A DNA stretch of 61,357 nt, the filler included, from Sluysia triapertura (lineage: Eukaryota), in NCBI GenBank assembly GCA_046118255.1. It is 5 parts of 5 records of this genome, joined end to end, with 100 filler letters (N's around TTAATTAATTAA, not from the genome) between each part and the next. Parts side by side here need not be neighbours in the genome. Positions count along the whole stretch, not along the records: positions 25,950 to 38,507 come from JBJNIA010099103.1; positions 38,608 to 49,970 come from JBJNIA010185568.1; 3 more parts are not named here. The stretch is one strand, 5' to 3'. Below are positions 25,950 through 40,694 of the stretch, in pieces (position 1 is the first letter of the stretch; every line of letters starts with the position of its first letter). The notes under the pieces were generated by a model. It was not told where the DNA came from. It worked only from the letters and a program-made list of their open reading frames with translations, and made no database searches. The position numbers were made by a program, and so were the translations under genes.

Positions 25950-27063
25950 ATTATGAAATGTTCTGAAAGGTTTTTTTGTGCATTATTGAAATAAAACTTT
26001 AAAATTTGGGTTGGTCACCATACCTAGACTAAATACTACATATTTATTTTCAATTCTTTCATACTAGAATTATTATTTTTGTTATTATTATTGCTGTTAA
26101 TGATATGCTAATGATTTAAAGAATTTCAATTTCTGATTTTAAATTGTATTTTAAAGAATACCTGTATGATATATACAAATAAATAAAATAAATTAAATGC
26201 TTTTAATCGAATGACTGATTGATAAAGTGTAAATAAAATGATGTGTCGAATAACTGACTAATTAATGTTTGAAAAAAACGTTTGAATTGGTAAAACTTTG
26301 TAAGAAAATATTTGGAATTTAATTATCTGATAAAATAATGATCCATCATGAATTAAATTTTAAATATGTTTAAATAAATGCATGAAATTTTTATGATAGT
26401 ATGAATCGAATGAAATGAATACAGTATGCTTAAATTTCTAATAAATTTTGTGTAATGTCGTACAAATTTCTGACAAATTACTGTATAAATTTATGTAATT
26501 TCGCTAAGTATACATAAGTAGCAAAGAGAGAAGAGTTCATCGAAATGGTACTAGTCGAATCTGTTGGTAAAATAGTGATCCTATCGTCTGCTGTAACAAT
26601 ACGATACTCTTTCAATAAATTAAATATAATTTGATCGATTCCAAATATTGGAGTGATAGTGCTTGATGGAATCACATTTGATTTTATGATTATTATTGTG
26701 AAGAGTAACTTTGTCTTTTTATATAAATTGTGCGAATTTGTTTCTAAAGTAAATAAATTGTGTAAATAAAATTCTATATCGTTAGAAGTGTGTGTGTGTG
26801 TGTGTATGAATTTTGTAACTCTTAATATATATATTTCGTTAATTAAAATTTGCCCTTTGTTTACTAAGAGTTGGGAAGTGGGATTTTTTAAGAATTTAGA
26901 ATAATTTATAATATTTAATTAGCCCTTCCATCTATTATTATTATTAATATTATTAACATTAATAATAATATTATTATTATTACTACAAAACGTTACTAGG
27001 TATTACTTATAGTGCTCTATTATTTATAGAGTATTTATAGTGCTCTTCTGTTTTTAAGTTGGT

Positions 27064-27064
<1 letters not shown>

Positions 27065-27113
<49 letters not shown>
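27065..27113. repeat. (AAT)n microsatellite
   Basis: Seen directly. Confidence 0.95.
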
Positions 27114-27114
<1 letters not shown>

Positions 27115-27849
27115 GCAATAAATGACTAATAATATTACCAAATCAGGTCGCTTAGCCTAAACATCAAAAATCAGTATAAATATTGATTTGGAAATAGAAA
27201 AATTGCGCTGATATTTTTGAACAATATATTTTCGATAATATAAACTATATAATATATAATGTAAAATATTATATATATTTTACAGTGTTTATTTTTTCAA
27301 TAATTTGACAATCGAAATTTAACGCAGAATCGAACATTTACTACAAAGTTTAAATTGGACACATTTGAAAAGAAAAATATTTAACAAAATATGATCTACA
27401 TCATTAAAGGAAAAATATTATTTATTTAAAGTCTATATTACCTTGTTGTGCTCATTTTTCTTAAATTTTAAAATTTATTACCAATGAATTGTTAATTTCA
27501 TTTTACTGATATTTTGTTCGTATTTGTATTACCACGATCCATCGAAGAATCATAGTACAATGTACTCTATTTATTGTTGTGATAGTAATCAATCTATAAA
27601 ATCGAACACTTCTAATTATTTTTTGACAAGGAATTTGATTTCTTCTATTTGAAAATGTAACTTTAACAATGTGTTTTCAAAGGAAAAAAAAATACCCTCT
27701 AAGCTCGATCCTTTAATAGATCCGACAATCTTAAAGAAAATGAATGAAAAAATTCTTCTAAATGTTTAAATTGGTTTAAATAATGTTGTGCAACAGATAT
27801 ATTTCAGGAAATAAATGAAAACGAGAAACAATTATCAAAGTTGACTTAC

Positions 27850-28042
27850 AATGAGTAATTCCAGCTACTAGCTGATAAATATCAAGCGGGTCTGAATCAT
27901 CGGTCAAATGAAGTCGTAATTTCGAGCTAATTTCTGATTGGTTCTTAGGAAGAAATGGTTGAAGAAGCCATTCAGAAAGTGGAGTGAAATTTGGATGTTC
28001 CCGTAACCATGCCATGAAATTTTCATACGTGATCACTTGTTT
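27850..28042 (-). CDS. USP32: USP32-like deubiquitinase internal exon (EF-hand region)
   Basis: ITYENFMAWL..SEWLL..LTDDSDPLDIYQLVAGITH matches USP32 YEKFRNWL..SRWLL..LTDDSDTPTFYQTLAGVTH; cag/gtaagt boundaries. Confidence 0.85.
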
Positions 28043-28112
28043 CTGGTAATAGCAACAAAAAAATTTATTAGTAATTGTAGTAGTAATTTATTAGTAGTAA
28101 TTGTAAATAATT

Positions 28113-28113
<1 letters not shown>

Positions 28114-28175
<62 letters not shown>
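28114..28175. repeat. (AAT)n microsatellite
   Basis: Seen directly. Confidence 0.95.
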
Positions 28176-28615
28176 TATTAATGTATAATGCGCACATATA
28201 TACTCAAAATAAATCATTTACTATATTTCTGAAACAGAAACAACTTTGCCTTTTTCTTAAATATTTCATATTCTTCCAGTAATTTGACATTCTCTGGTAG
28301 TACTAGTTGTATATTTTTGAAACACAAACGGTATATACAACAAATCAAATAACTTATTATCACTGTAGATTCGGTATAGATTATTATTGTCTCAATTAAA
28401 TATTCATCTTGGTTTCCAAATTTTTTATTATTTCTAAAAGATATTCAGTACCTCCGTAATGTAAGCATTTGTAAATTATTATTATTATGATTTTGACTTC
28501 TATTCTTGCTTTTATTGGTAAAATATAAAATAATAACTTAAAAACGGATAACAATGGCATTTCAAAGGTATAGCTTTTGTTTATGAATAATGAACTAAAG
28601 AAATTAAAGATTAAC

Positions 28616-28737
28616 CTCGTTCATATATAATCGAATTGATCTTATTTCGTCTCGGTAAACAGAAGATTCAACTGATCTCTGTAAATCCATATAATCAACA
28701 CCAGTACCAGATTCGTTACTGTAAATTGTGTATACCA
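28616..28737 (-). CDS. USP32: USP32-like preceding exon
   Basis: VYTIYSNESGTGVDYMDLQR.. resembles IFSLFSSESG; tag/gt boundaries, phase 0 join to the next exon. Confidence 0.75.
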
Positions 28738-31700
28738 CTAAAAAAAATAATAAAATATTTTATAATTAAATAACCAATTTATAATCTATGAAAGAGTTTC
28801 CTAAAATTCAAATCAACTAATAGAATATCAATGAAAGCAGAACGAAAAAGTTGATGAAAAAAATGAAAATTGTTTATTTTTCATTGAAAGTGATTATTGA
28901 TATTTATATCTTTAATATCGTGCATTTTAAAAGGAAATTTAACATTGATTTAAAAATTGAAATCTTACAAATCTTTGAATAACAAGTAAAAAGAAAAATA
29001 ACGCGATAGAAAATAATCCGCGATAGAATACGCCAAACTGAAATAGCTAATTTAAAGAAGTAAACATAAAACGTTTGGTTAATTCATTATATTTCTGAAA
29101 ATATTTTATCAATAAACAAATTTATTTCAAAATTTAAACCTATTCCTTTATATTTTGAAGAGGTACAGTGAGTATTGTTAAAATAAATCTTTTCACACGA
29201 TTTTAATAATCACCGTTAATCTATAATCAATACTCTGATGTATCTTGTTTTGTATCTTGAATTACAAATCCTGCTAGATGTTTCATCAACAGGTTTTTGA
29301 AAAAAATGTGGAATTCTAAAAGTGGAAGCTAGTGCGGAATTCTGTGTCAACCTTTATATTAACTTCGTTATAATGACAACTCTCATTATTCATCATTCAT
29401 TGTGTATCGATTGTTTTTGGTTAGAGAAAGAAGGGTCTTAATTTCCTCAGTGTACATTACATATTTTAAATTTCATTAGAATGAAAATCATTAATTTTGA
29501 AATCTTTTTGTTTTAGTTTAAAATCTAAAAGTAATTTAAGGATATTTATAACATAACAACATATAACCAAATAAGTGCTCCAGAAAGTTCCAGATTATTG
29601 ATTACATATGTTACAAATGTCAAATATCAATTACACTATCTTTTTAATCGATCTTTAAATTAGCTATTTCTAAAAGATCTAAAACTCTACTGCTGTTCGA
29701 AATAATAACCATTCACCATATAATATTGAGATCGAAAAATATTACTTAATTAACCCATTCGACACACAATTTTCGTAAATTTCGGCAAAATTATCACTAA
29801 CTATTTGTAGTTACACGCTTAATCATTTTAACTCTCATTATATTGTGACTTGTCATCAAATTTGGAGTTATATTAGAAGTTGTTGAAGAACATGAACCTG
29901 AGCGAGTAAATCTACCTAAATAAAGGTAGAAATATGATAAAATGATGAATACAATATGCAGCAACTGTAAAAATTTTGTACACGAAGTATATAAAAAGTG
30001 CAACAAGTTGTTACCACATACAAACTTCTTGAAAATAATAAATTCATTTTTCTTGGAAAATATATTCATAATTATGGGGACCTAACTTTGACAATTACAT
30101 GCTACGGTCTCTCAAACTTCATTATGTACAAAACACAACAGTTTGATTTATTATCAACCATCATTTCCTTTTACTTTACTATATCTTTTTTAATTCAACT
30201 TCTTCTCACATTAAAATAACAATCAACAATATTATTAACATACATAAAAATAGTGAATTTAATTTTAGTTTTCAGAATTTAATTGAAGTCTGGTTTTTCA
30301 CACCCAATTTTCTAATTCTCAAACAAACCACTAAATAATAATTTCAAACACACTTATAGATTCTCCTCTTTCATATTTAACACAGCATTCCGCATTCAAA
30401 AGTTATCCACAAAACGTACTTTTTCTTAATTAAGTTAATTAAGATTTTAATTAATTAATCTATTTTTAGACTTAATCTTATTCTATGTTTAAAGGTTTTA
30501 TTAAGGTTTTAAAGTTGTTTAGTAATTTATAAGGTATTCAGTAGGTTCTAAATGCTTTCATCTTCACCTCTCTCATACCTTTTTCTACTTCTTCGTGTTA
30601 ATTATAACCATACTAAACTTATTCTTAATACTAATTCGATTTTATTTCTCAACTATTTTACAGATTTTAGATACTTTATAAAATTACTCAAGGATCTCAA
30701 ATGCTTATCGATGTTCCAAGGTTACTAAGGTCTTAAGCAATCTAAGGGTTCACAAAATGTTGAACATGTTGAATATCAACAAAAGAATCCTTTTATAAAC
30801 AAGTGAAAAACTTAAAAACACCTTTAAACAGCAGAATAAAAAGAAACTAATCGCAGAATGGAAAGAAAATAGGCGAAAATCCGCCACAAAACTGTAATCG
30901 TTAAAATACAATAAAATAAAATACAATACAATACAATAAATAAAATAAATGTATTTAAATAAATTATTACCAATATTATAATATACAAGGCTATTTTACG
31001 GATTGAGATTAACTAGCGATAAAAAATTAAAAACAAATAACTATACAAATACGAAGTCGCAACAGATTGCTAGGTTATTGCTAGAAAGCAGAAATAAATT
31101 TAACTTAAATTTCGAACTTAAAAAATTTCATTATATGTTGAAATATTTTGAATATTGCTTGGTTCTATAAATATTGGATTTCGATCATTTGGGCATTTTG
31201 AATTTTTGTTTACAATTTAAATAACATATGTGATAAAATTAATCAAAATATAATTTTCTTAAAAAAAATTATAATGGCATTTATTTAGTCCATTTTGAAA
31301 TATTGTTTAATCGTTTATTCTAATTTTATGTGCGAATCATTATAAAATTTTAGAATGTATTAGTTAATTTTGCTACAATAGAAATCTGAGATTATAATTT
31401 ACAAAGGGAATTCACTTTTATTTCTAACAAATAGAAACAATTTTAAAAGTATTTCCGTTATAATACATAGTGATTTTAACTTGAATAAAGACTTAAAAGT
31501 TATTGAACGAATTTTAAATTATAATATGAAAGGACTCTGAAATAAAAATAAACACCCACAGCTTTGTTTTAGAATTCCCACATCTTTTCTCGTGGCATGT
31601 GTGTGTGTGTGTTAATAAGAATAGCAAATGAAAAAGTGTGATGACACAATTATAGTGTCTGATAATTTCATTATCATTATTATCTTCAAATTCCGATTTA

Positions 31701-34700
31701 TACAATAAATCAACATATGGATTCTTAAAATCTTATTTGCAATCATTGGCATCAAATCAATAACTGAATTATACTGAAACACATCTATTTTATTTTTAAT
31801 TATATTATTAGTATCCAAATATATTTATAATTATAAGAATAAAAACAAAATTGTTAATGTTTACACATATAAATCAGTACCCAGTAAGAATTAACAAATG
31901 AAAATTGATTTCTATTTTTTAGCAAAAGTTGCTAAAATTAAAACACTCCTAATTTTTTTCTTTTGCAATCTGATTACATATTCTTTGGATTTCTGGATTT
32001 TCCGTGCGTAAGATACATAATGTAAAAATATTAAAATAACACTTAGTAAAATGTGGAACTCTTTAGATATTCACTATTTGTGTTGATAATGGTAAATTCT
32101 TCTAAATTAAATTATAAATACTTAGTTTTCAATAAGAAACATACACATTTCTAACTGATAACAAAAAATATCTCTTGTTTAAATTAACTTTCCATATAAT
32201 TACTTTGAAATTACGAATGAGGAATACGATTTTAACATTGTTATTCGACGTTTTTAATAATAGAATACGTGCAAACTTCATTTATTTACTTTAATGAAAT
32301 ACAGATTTGATTGCGATCAATTACAACTTTCTTAAAATTACGATTTTCTTTCGAATTAAATAAATCAGTTGAAATTATGAACTATCATGAATATCGATAT
32401 CGAACAAACCGAAATTTCGAAAGAGTACATGGTAATTTTAGTTAATCCATTTCGTCAATGTTTTATTTTCTTTTTTATCTTCTACTACCTTGAATCTCCA
32501 CCTTATCTGAATCATGTAACAAATCCCTTAAAAACACAATAAAAGTTTGTCAAAAACTAAATAAAAAGTGACCTTTAAAATCTTGTATAATCATAATAAT
32601 AATGTAATAATAATAAATGGTAATGACATAATAACAGTAATAAGAACATAGTATTAATTATAAAATGAATATTATAAAAATAATAATGGAGTTAAAAACA
32701 TAATAATACACTTCCAAAAATATAATAAATTTATATGTATTGCTGATTTTATTAAAAATTATAAAATTGATTGTAAAGATTAAAACATAAATCGAAATAT
32801 GTTCTCTTTACTTTATATCTGTAGAAAATTTCTAATAGAACTATTCACAAAATTTATTATTTAATATTATTACAATATTAACATCTCCCTATGAATGAAA
32901 AGGTAAATTTTATTACTTATAATATATATTTATACTTTTTAATAATGTAAAGTTCTTGATAATTGGTTGATCTAAATTTAAATTTAATTGTTTAATGAAT
33001 TTCAATCAGACTTTGTTAACGGATTATTCACAAATTGAATAACAAATAATCAAAATCAAAAAAGGCAACATTTTCCCAAATATAAAAGTATAAAATTTTT
33101 CGGTTAAATAAGTATTAACCACAGTGATGTAAATTTCTTAAATTTTTTCCTTGAACATTGTTTTTTTATCGCATTTATTGTCGTTCCTCATTTATTTATT
33201 GTTCTTTTTATACATTAAACTTAAGAACATCTAGTTATAATTTTAAGCAAGATACTATGCTTTCACTTATTAATGAATCAATAAAAAAATAAAATTTTAT
33301 CCGTTTGTAATGTAATAAAGTAACATAATGTTAATAATTTAATATCGTTTTAAATCAATGTTTAATCGACTAATTTAATTAATAATATTTAACAATAATC
33401 ACAAACTAATAATAACTATTGAGATCATAATATCAAATCCAAATTTAGTAGTAAGTAACAGTAACTATTTTAAATTGACATTGTATAGATACAACATGAA
33501 ATCAAAATTTATAAATATTAAGCCTTATTGATTAAATAAAATCATGTTAAATTAGGATTAAATAGAGATAATATGTAATCAAAATTTACACACTATATTC
33601 GATAAAAAAATTTTAAATTAAAGATTAGAAGAAATAGAGTAGTAATATGATATTAAAATTTAAAAGCATTATGATCGATTAAAATCATTTCAAATTACGA
33701 TTAAACAAAGCTTAAAATAAAGATTTAAACAAGCATTTATGAGCGCAATATAAATTAATATATTATTATTATTATAAACCGTAGATTAATTATGTGTAAA
33801 AAAATTATGTTATGTTATAATTAATTAGTTGTGTATATAGAATTATGCTATATCACTATTTTCTGTATAAAATTAAAATTACAATATTATATGTTATCAA
33901 ATTACTATTATAAAATTATTGATTTGTAAATAATTATTACAATAATAAACCGGAGATTAGTTATTACAAGTTATATAATCTAATTCAATCAACAAATTGA
34001 AAACAATATAAAAGAAAGGATAAAAACGAAAACAGAACAAGAATACGATTGGCATAACAAGAAAATTAGTCCGCTACCAACGATTGCTATTCGACTACGG
34101 ACTATTTGATTGATTTCTATTCGAAGGACATTAATTTCGGGTCTTATTACAAGCATTGTTACAAAATCGGTTTATTATCAACAACGATTTGAACTAAGAT
34201 TATCGAATAAAATTAATTGATTTAACCACAACTATTTAACATTGATTACAATCCAATTACGATGTTTGATTTCCGGTTTATAATTATAAATTTAAAATAA
34301 ATTGAATTCAATATTTAAAAATTATAATTTAATTTCGAATTTGTTTACAAACAGATAATTTAAATAACATTTTTGTTGATTTATTTTCCTTCTTTTTTAT
34401 AAATGTCAAAGGAAGTTGGAAAGAAGAGCTTAATTAAGCTTAAAACTGCTGCAAGGTTACTAAAATAAACAAAATTTCTATAAAGTGAAATAAAGTATGA
34501 TAAAATTAAATTGAAGTGTAATTAATCAAGGAATAATTAAATAAGATAAGAATAAACAAAATTTGTAAGAAATGTTGAGAATAAATTGCTCATTAAGCAC
34601 TTCATCTCGGACAACTGCGACGAATACAACTATCTCATAATTCTCCAGATAATTATACATCGACATAAGAAGCACCAGCGATCATTAAGAACATAAAGAT

Positions 34701-35429
34701 ATACGTGATTTTGTACTTTATAAAAATAATACTTAATTCACATCTTCCAGATAAAGTTTAGAATAAGTATAATTGGTTAACACAGAACTTTAAGTTTTCA
34801 ATGACAAAACATACGCAACGATTTGCCAGTTACATAAATATAAAAAAAGTAAAAAATTAGATAAACATTAATAAAGACAAATTTTACATTATCATTAAAG
34901 TATCAATAAATTTTACACACTGAATATGCGTATTGAGCTGTAATAATAATCGAACTGACTTTTTTAAAAATCTTCTTTTTTACTATTTAGTATAATTACT
35001 ACTACTACTACTAAAAATTCTATTGGACAGAAACATATTTTATCCTCATTTGGTGGTTGTCATTGAATAGATTTTCGAATCCTCATAAGTAACATGTTCT
35101 TCTCCTTCATTTGATTGATTATAATCATTTTTCCATTATTATCATTTGTGCAATCTTTAAAATGATTTTAGCTTGAAAAGTATTGATTCATGAAAAACCC
35201 CATGCTCTATAAATTTCTAAATTGACCTCATATTGTTTCATAAAATATATTGTTTTTTACTCTTAAGTGTGATTCGATCCATTTTATTGCACTAAATGAG
35301 ACACATTCTTTGTATATTATAAAGTAATATGTAACTACATATTTTGTCAAAAGCAATAGACATACCTAACACCATCGTTCTTACAATTAGAACTATTTAA
35401 AATATAATTTATTTTTAAGAAAGCTACCT

Positions 35430-37952
35430 ATGTTAAATTATAGGCTTTGTAAGCACATTGATAGGTCATTGTGGTGGCCAACCTATATCTTTTATAAATT
35501 TTATTCTACCATCACACTAAACTACATTCACCTTCAGAATCTACAATATACATTTTATAGATTCATTAAAAACATTTCTACACATAATATCATATCAACA
35601 TAACTTAATCATAATTTTCAACATTGCACAATTACCTTTTTAGAATGTACCAAAACCTGGGTTAAAACTTATCTCTTTCAGATCCATTAAAACCCCATCC
35701 TAACCTTCTCAAAACATCTATAATTCACACTTTGTAATATTAAAAACACATGCACTACCAAATTAACAACTGACAATCAATAATTCATTAAAAACATTTT
35801 ACTCATAACCATAATCACATCGATTAACATTCATACCATAAATACATTCAAAACCATTAATATGTATTAGATGTACTCACTTCATTTTCAAGTCGCAATC
35901 TTCTAACATCGAAACATTACTTTCATTCAAAAACATCAAGGTATATTTAAAAATTCATATAAAACATCTATATATTATCTCAAAACACTTAAGTCATAAG
36001 TTTACAACACCCAAACTTATCTTCATTTAAACCATTAAATCGCATTTAAAAATTCATTTAAAACATTTACGTATTATTTTATAACATTAGAATCACAATT
36101 ACTTCTTTAAATTTCATCGAATATGCATAACATGAATTTAAAACACTATAAGTCCGCAATCTCAACATTTAGTCTTTTATTAGTCTTTCAAAGATATAGA
36201 GACCTTTGAATAATATGTTAAGAAATAAAGAATTAATAGACAGTTCATGTTAATTTTAAAAGGTTTAGAATAAATTTGCAATAATAATAATGACATTATT
36301 ATTTTTTTTTATCACAATTTTATTTATGTTAACCATCTGTACTAATCTATTAACTTGGTAACTACCACTACCAGTGGTGACATCATCAATTCATAATTAC
36401 AATTTGTTGTCACTACTGACAGTGGCTGTATTCACAACATGCACGAACAATTCACATAATTAGTTAACCTGCCATCAGTCGACTGATAACAGCTTATTGT
36501 AAGTAGTATCTGCTTAGTATTTTGTTGACTGCCCAATTAATGTCGTTTGTTTCTCCTGTTCTGATTGGGTAGCCACTTACAATATGCAGAAGATTAATCA
36601 GCAATAAGTACAAATATTTTAACAATCTGTTTACCTCAAATAAAAGTAAAAAATTAAAAAAATGAACAAGAGTATTGATAAACGAATTAAATTGGCTGCA
36701 AATTATTCTGAATGAAATAAGCTATTTAGAATTTTCCCATTTAAATGTTATAGATTATGATAAAAATTTGTCTACAAAGCTTAAAACAGTAAAAGAAAAA
36801 TCAACTGAAGTATCTTTAGAACAAGATGTTTCTTCAAGTATATTGCCTAGTTTGCACGAAGAAAACCATAAAACTCATAAAAATGAAGTTACCAATGAAT
36901 TACAGAATTCTTTCAAATTAACTCATGAGTTACAAAGATTTATTTTAGAATATCATGCAAAAGCCAATGCAACGTATTTTGATGATCTTGAACAATTATT
37001 ATCAAACTTGTGCGTAATATTATCAAGGTGTACCAATAATGCGGAGAAGATTCTTATCAAGTTAACGATTCCACTTTCGATATCTTTGAAACATCACTCG
37101 GACGATAGTCATTCTATAAATTTTGACAAAGTAGTAAATAACGTCAGTACCGCAATGAAAAATTTCTATTCATATTCCAATGAATGTAGCTACTAACGTT
37201 ATATTGAAAAAAAATAAAGATATGCATCACAGTTATAGTATACTTACCTCTAATGCAAAATGTAAACAAGAATTATTTAGTACATCTTTAAGTCAAAAAA
37301 GGATCCTTTTGTTTATCAATTAAATTTAGATGACTGAATTAAATTTTATGTTTCTCAAGCCATCATTGACAATTTTCAATTATGATGACTACGAACAATC
37401 GGCCACAGGTCCTGGGAGAAATGGGGACATTAGTCAAATATGCGATTTAGTTAATATTGTAAGATTACAATTAGTTCAAGCTTGTTCACAGATTGAGTGT
37501 TTCAAGTTAGCTTTAATGTTGGTTAAAACAACATACTTAATGAGTGAAGACTTAATAGTGATTTCCAAAATTAATCGTCAATATCCAAGAATGTTATGCA
37601 AAATAAACAATTTGAGAAATCATCCGATGAATTCGCAAAAATGACTACAGTTACATTTGATATCATCGGCCTTCACCCGGTAATAATTATACAGAAGGTA
37701 AATGATGGACTAACTTTAAGTCAAGGAGAATTAATCAATTGTTATGCGGTAATCGAGTTCACATCTTTACAGAAACCTCTAGGACAAAGATTCGAAGTAA
37801 TCGGCGCAATTCTTCTCAAATGCCATCTATACAAAAACTTTCATTCGATATTATCCTTGATGAAGGTCTTTGCTAGCTACATGGACGAAAACAATTCAAA
37901 AGTAATTTTAACTTTTAATTTTCATTTTATAATTTTAATTTTAATTTTATAA
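35430..37952. repeat. Decayed divergent two-gene cassette, copy 2
   Basis: Shared DNA blocks with 4300-5400. The plus-strand frameshifted ORFs 36675-37952 contain FKLALMLVKT versus FKLALCLYET in ORF 6256-6726. Confidence 0.7.
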
Positions 37953-38507
37953 ACGTATAATTATACCTGTTATTGTTGCTTAAGAGTTTTAAATGTCCAT
38001 GTTCGAGATATGCACGAGAAATGACGTATATCAAACAAACTTTAAATTTTAACATAAAAATTTTTATAGATTTCAATAAAATATGTGTAATTTTCCTTCG
38101 TTCTTCATGCATTTCTGATATAAATTTAATATTAATTCAAAAATATTAAGAGTTTGGCAAGTTACCAATATTTAATAAAGTTAAAAATAAACAATATAAG
38201 AAATTTAATCTATAAACATATTTATAACTTAAAACTAAAAATTACAAATACTAAAAACCATCTTTTAACCCAACCAAAGTCATGAAAAGTTTATTCTTGG
38301 AAGACTTATTTCTTTTATCATACTTTAGATGTGATCCTTTTTCACTTATCGAAAAGTTTAAATTGTATGAATTATTAATAATTTTCAATAAAACCAGAAT
38401 AACTTTGAAAATTAAATTATTTTTAATAAGGCAAATGAAATGAAAACGAGGTCGCGATATTTTTTAATGGAGAGCAAGCAAATAGAGAAGCGCAGGAGTT
38501 GGGTTGC

Positions 38508-38607
38508 NNNNNNNNNNNNNNNNNNNNNNNNNNNNNNNNNNNNNNNNNNNNTTAATTAATTAANNNNNNNNNNNNNNNNNNNNNNNNNNNNNNNNNNNNN
38601 NNNNNNN
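38508..38607. other. Artificial contig linker
   Basis: Same 100-bp pattern. Confidence 0.99.

Positions 38608-38679
<72 letters not shown>
38608..38679. repeat. (AAT)n microsatellite at contig start
   Basis: Seen directly. Confidence 0.95.
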
Positions 38680-38681
<2 letters not shown>

Positions 38682-39930
38682 TTCTGTTATCAATCATCAT
38701 TATCTTTCACAAAAATTATAATAAACAATGTGAGATTTATTGAATATGTATTGTGGTCTAGTATTGAGTTTCTAAACTAGAGATTTGGTTCTTGGATAAA
38801 TATTCATAAGGCAATAATTATATTTTTATTCCACAAAATTTTAGTTTTAATATAATCTTTTAAATTTGTCATTAATGTTTTACTCTTGTTCGAAGTTGTT
38901 TCGTCGTATTCTTGTTCCAAATATTATACTTTTAAAATATTATTCAAAATGTTGTAAAAGAAACACCGAGTTTTTTATGTTGGGTTTCAGCCCTATTTAG
39001 TGACCTTAAAATATTTTCATATAGTAATTAACAATAAGTACTTAAAGTACTTTTCATTTTGAAATAAAATCAATGCTTTTAAGCCTTCTAAAATTATTTA
39101 ATAATTTTTATTTTTAATATTTCATTTTAAACCATTTTTTATTTATCATTTAATTTATGTCAAAAATTATAAGTTTAAAGTGGACCTCATAACATTTTTG
39201 TAAAATTAAATCTTTAACATATTCGAAAAACCGATTTTTTGAAGTAATGTGTTTGAATGTTTAGGTATAGTGCTTTGTATATGTGTTGGGAATAAGATGT
39301 TTTTAAGTTGAGTGGGCTTGGTTAAAATTGAATGTGGCCCATGAATTTTATGTACAACTAGCTTTTTTGTTATTTATGAATTAATTAATAATGCATTATT
39401 TTCTCATTGTGTACTGGTGAAAATATTATTTATCTAATATAAAATCACTTTTCATGTTTCAAAATACAGAATCTCGTTAATATTTAACTTTATTTCACAA
39501 AACAATTCCCCTTTTTTCATTTATATGCCAAGCAGATTAAATGCTACCTTTACAACTTTGATTATATTTACTCCTTTCATGTCTATGAATGAGTCACAAT
39601 AATCATTTTATTTAAAATATAATTTGGTCTTGAGATTTGGCTCAGAATTATTTTAATCGGAATACCAACTGATACAAGTGGGGAGAGTTTATTTCAATTC
39701 CTATCCCATATTCAAACGTATCGGTACTGCGAGTGTTTTAACTATCTTAATGAATCTGGAAGCGAGTCCACCTAATAGATATGGCTTAAAATAACTAAAC
39801 TTGTCAAATAAGAGGTTACCTTACTCTTAATCAATATTAGTTATATTATAGTTAATCAATATTACTCAACCTTAATCTAAACTAACGTAAACTAAATTCA
39901 ATATACGTAACTAAACTCAAACCTTAATAA

Positions 39931-40632
39931 GTGATATTACTCAATTATACTTTAATTCAAGTTAACATTAAACTCAGGGAGTCTAAGGATGTAGCCGACG
40001 TCAGATCTTACCTTTTTGGTTTCTTAAATAATAAAATTTTAGTTTCCATTCACCCCCGTTTTGTGATTGAAGCGCTAGACATTCCTTTTGGCTTGTCAAA
40101 TCACAACCTCATCCCTTTCTCTACTGATGACGTTTTCGTGCGTGCGAGACAGACGTTGAAGCTCGTCTACCCTGTATGTCCAAAGTTCACGTGCAAACAA
40201 TTGGCATCTGAACTTGTCACAGTGTTAGATCACATTAGGGAGAGAGACCTTGCTTTTATCCAACGCTGCAATGACCCTCCACTGTCGTTACTAAATCTTT
40301 TTCTCCTCATCCACTACCTGCTGTTTCCGATATTCATTCCCCAAAAATTTCTGTTACACAACAATGTCAAAATCAATCAGCATCATCATCTTTGGTCATC
40401 ATCGTCATCATCCCTTTCGTTCGTCTTCGTCAAACCTCAACCTCCCAAAAGAAAATCACACCAACCTTACAAAGAACATCGACACTACTTCCAAAATCAA
40501 GACCCACCAGATTTTTCGACGAGTGGGATCTTCTTGATTCTCTTCCACATCGTCCGCATAAACGAAACACTTACAGATTCGTCACCACTACATTGGCTCG
40601 AAGATGATGACGTCGACCTCGACTTCTGTTGA
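39931..40632 (+). CDS. Accessory ORF just upstream of the PPT of an LTR element (unknown, Pro/Ser-rich; true start uncertain)
   Basis: 233-codon frame in GC-richer DNA ending ~50 bp before the PPT; KPQPP motif shared with the ORF at 48861. Confidence 0.4.
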   Translation: MILLNYTLIQVNIKLRESKDVADVRSYLFGFLNNKILVSIHPRFVIEALDIPFGLSNHNLIPFSTDDVFVRARQTLKLVYPVCPKFTCKQLASELVTVLDHIRERDLAFIQRCNDPPLSLLNLFLLIHYLLFPIFIPQKFLLHNNVKINQHHHLWSSSSSSLSFVFVKPQPPKRKSHQPYKEHRHYFQNQDPPDFSTSGIFLILFHIVRINETLTDSSPLHWLEDDDVDLDFC

Positions 40633-40694
40633 TCCTTTTAACCATGTGATTCGTTTCGAGATTTGTGGACAAATCTTCTCGTTGGGGGAAGTAT

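Noticed and set aside
34069-34080. Minus-strand TGGTAGCGGAC PBS-like site
   Set aside because: Not preceded by an LTR CA end.
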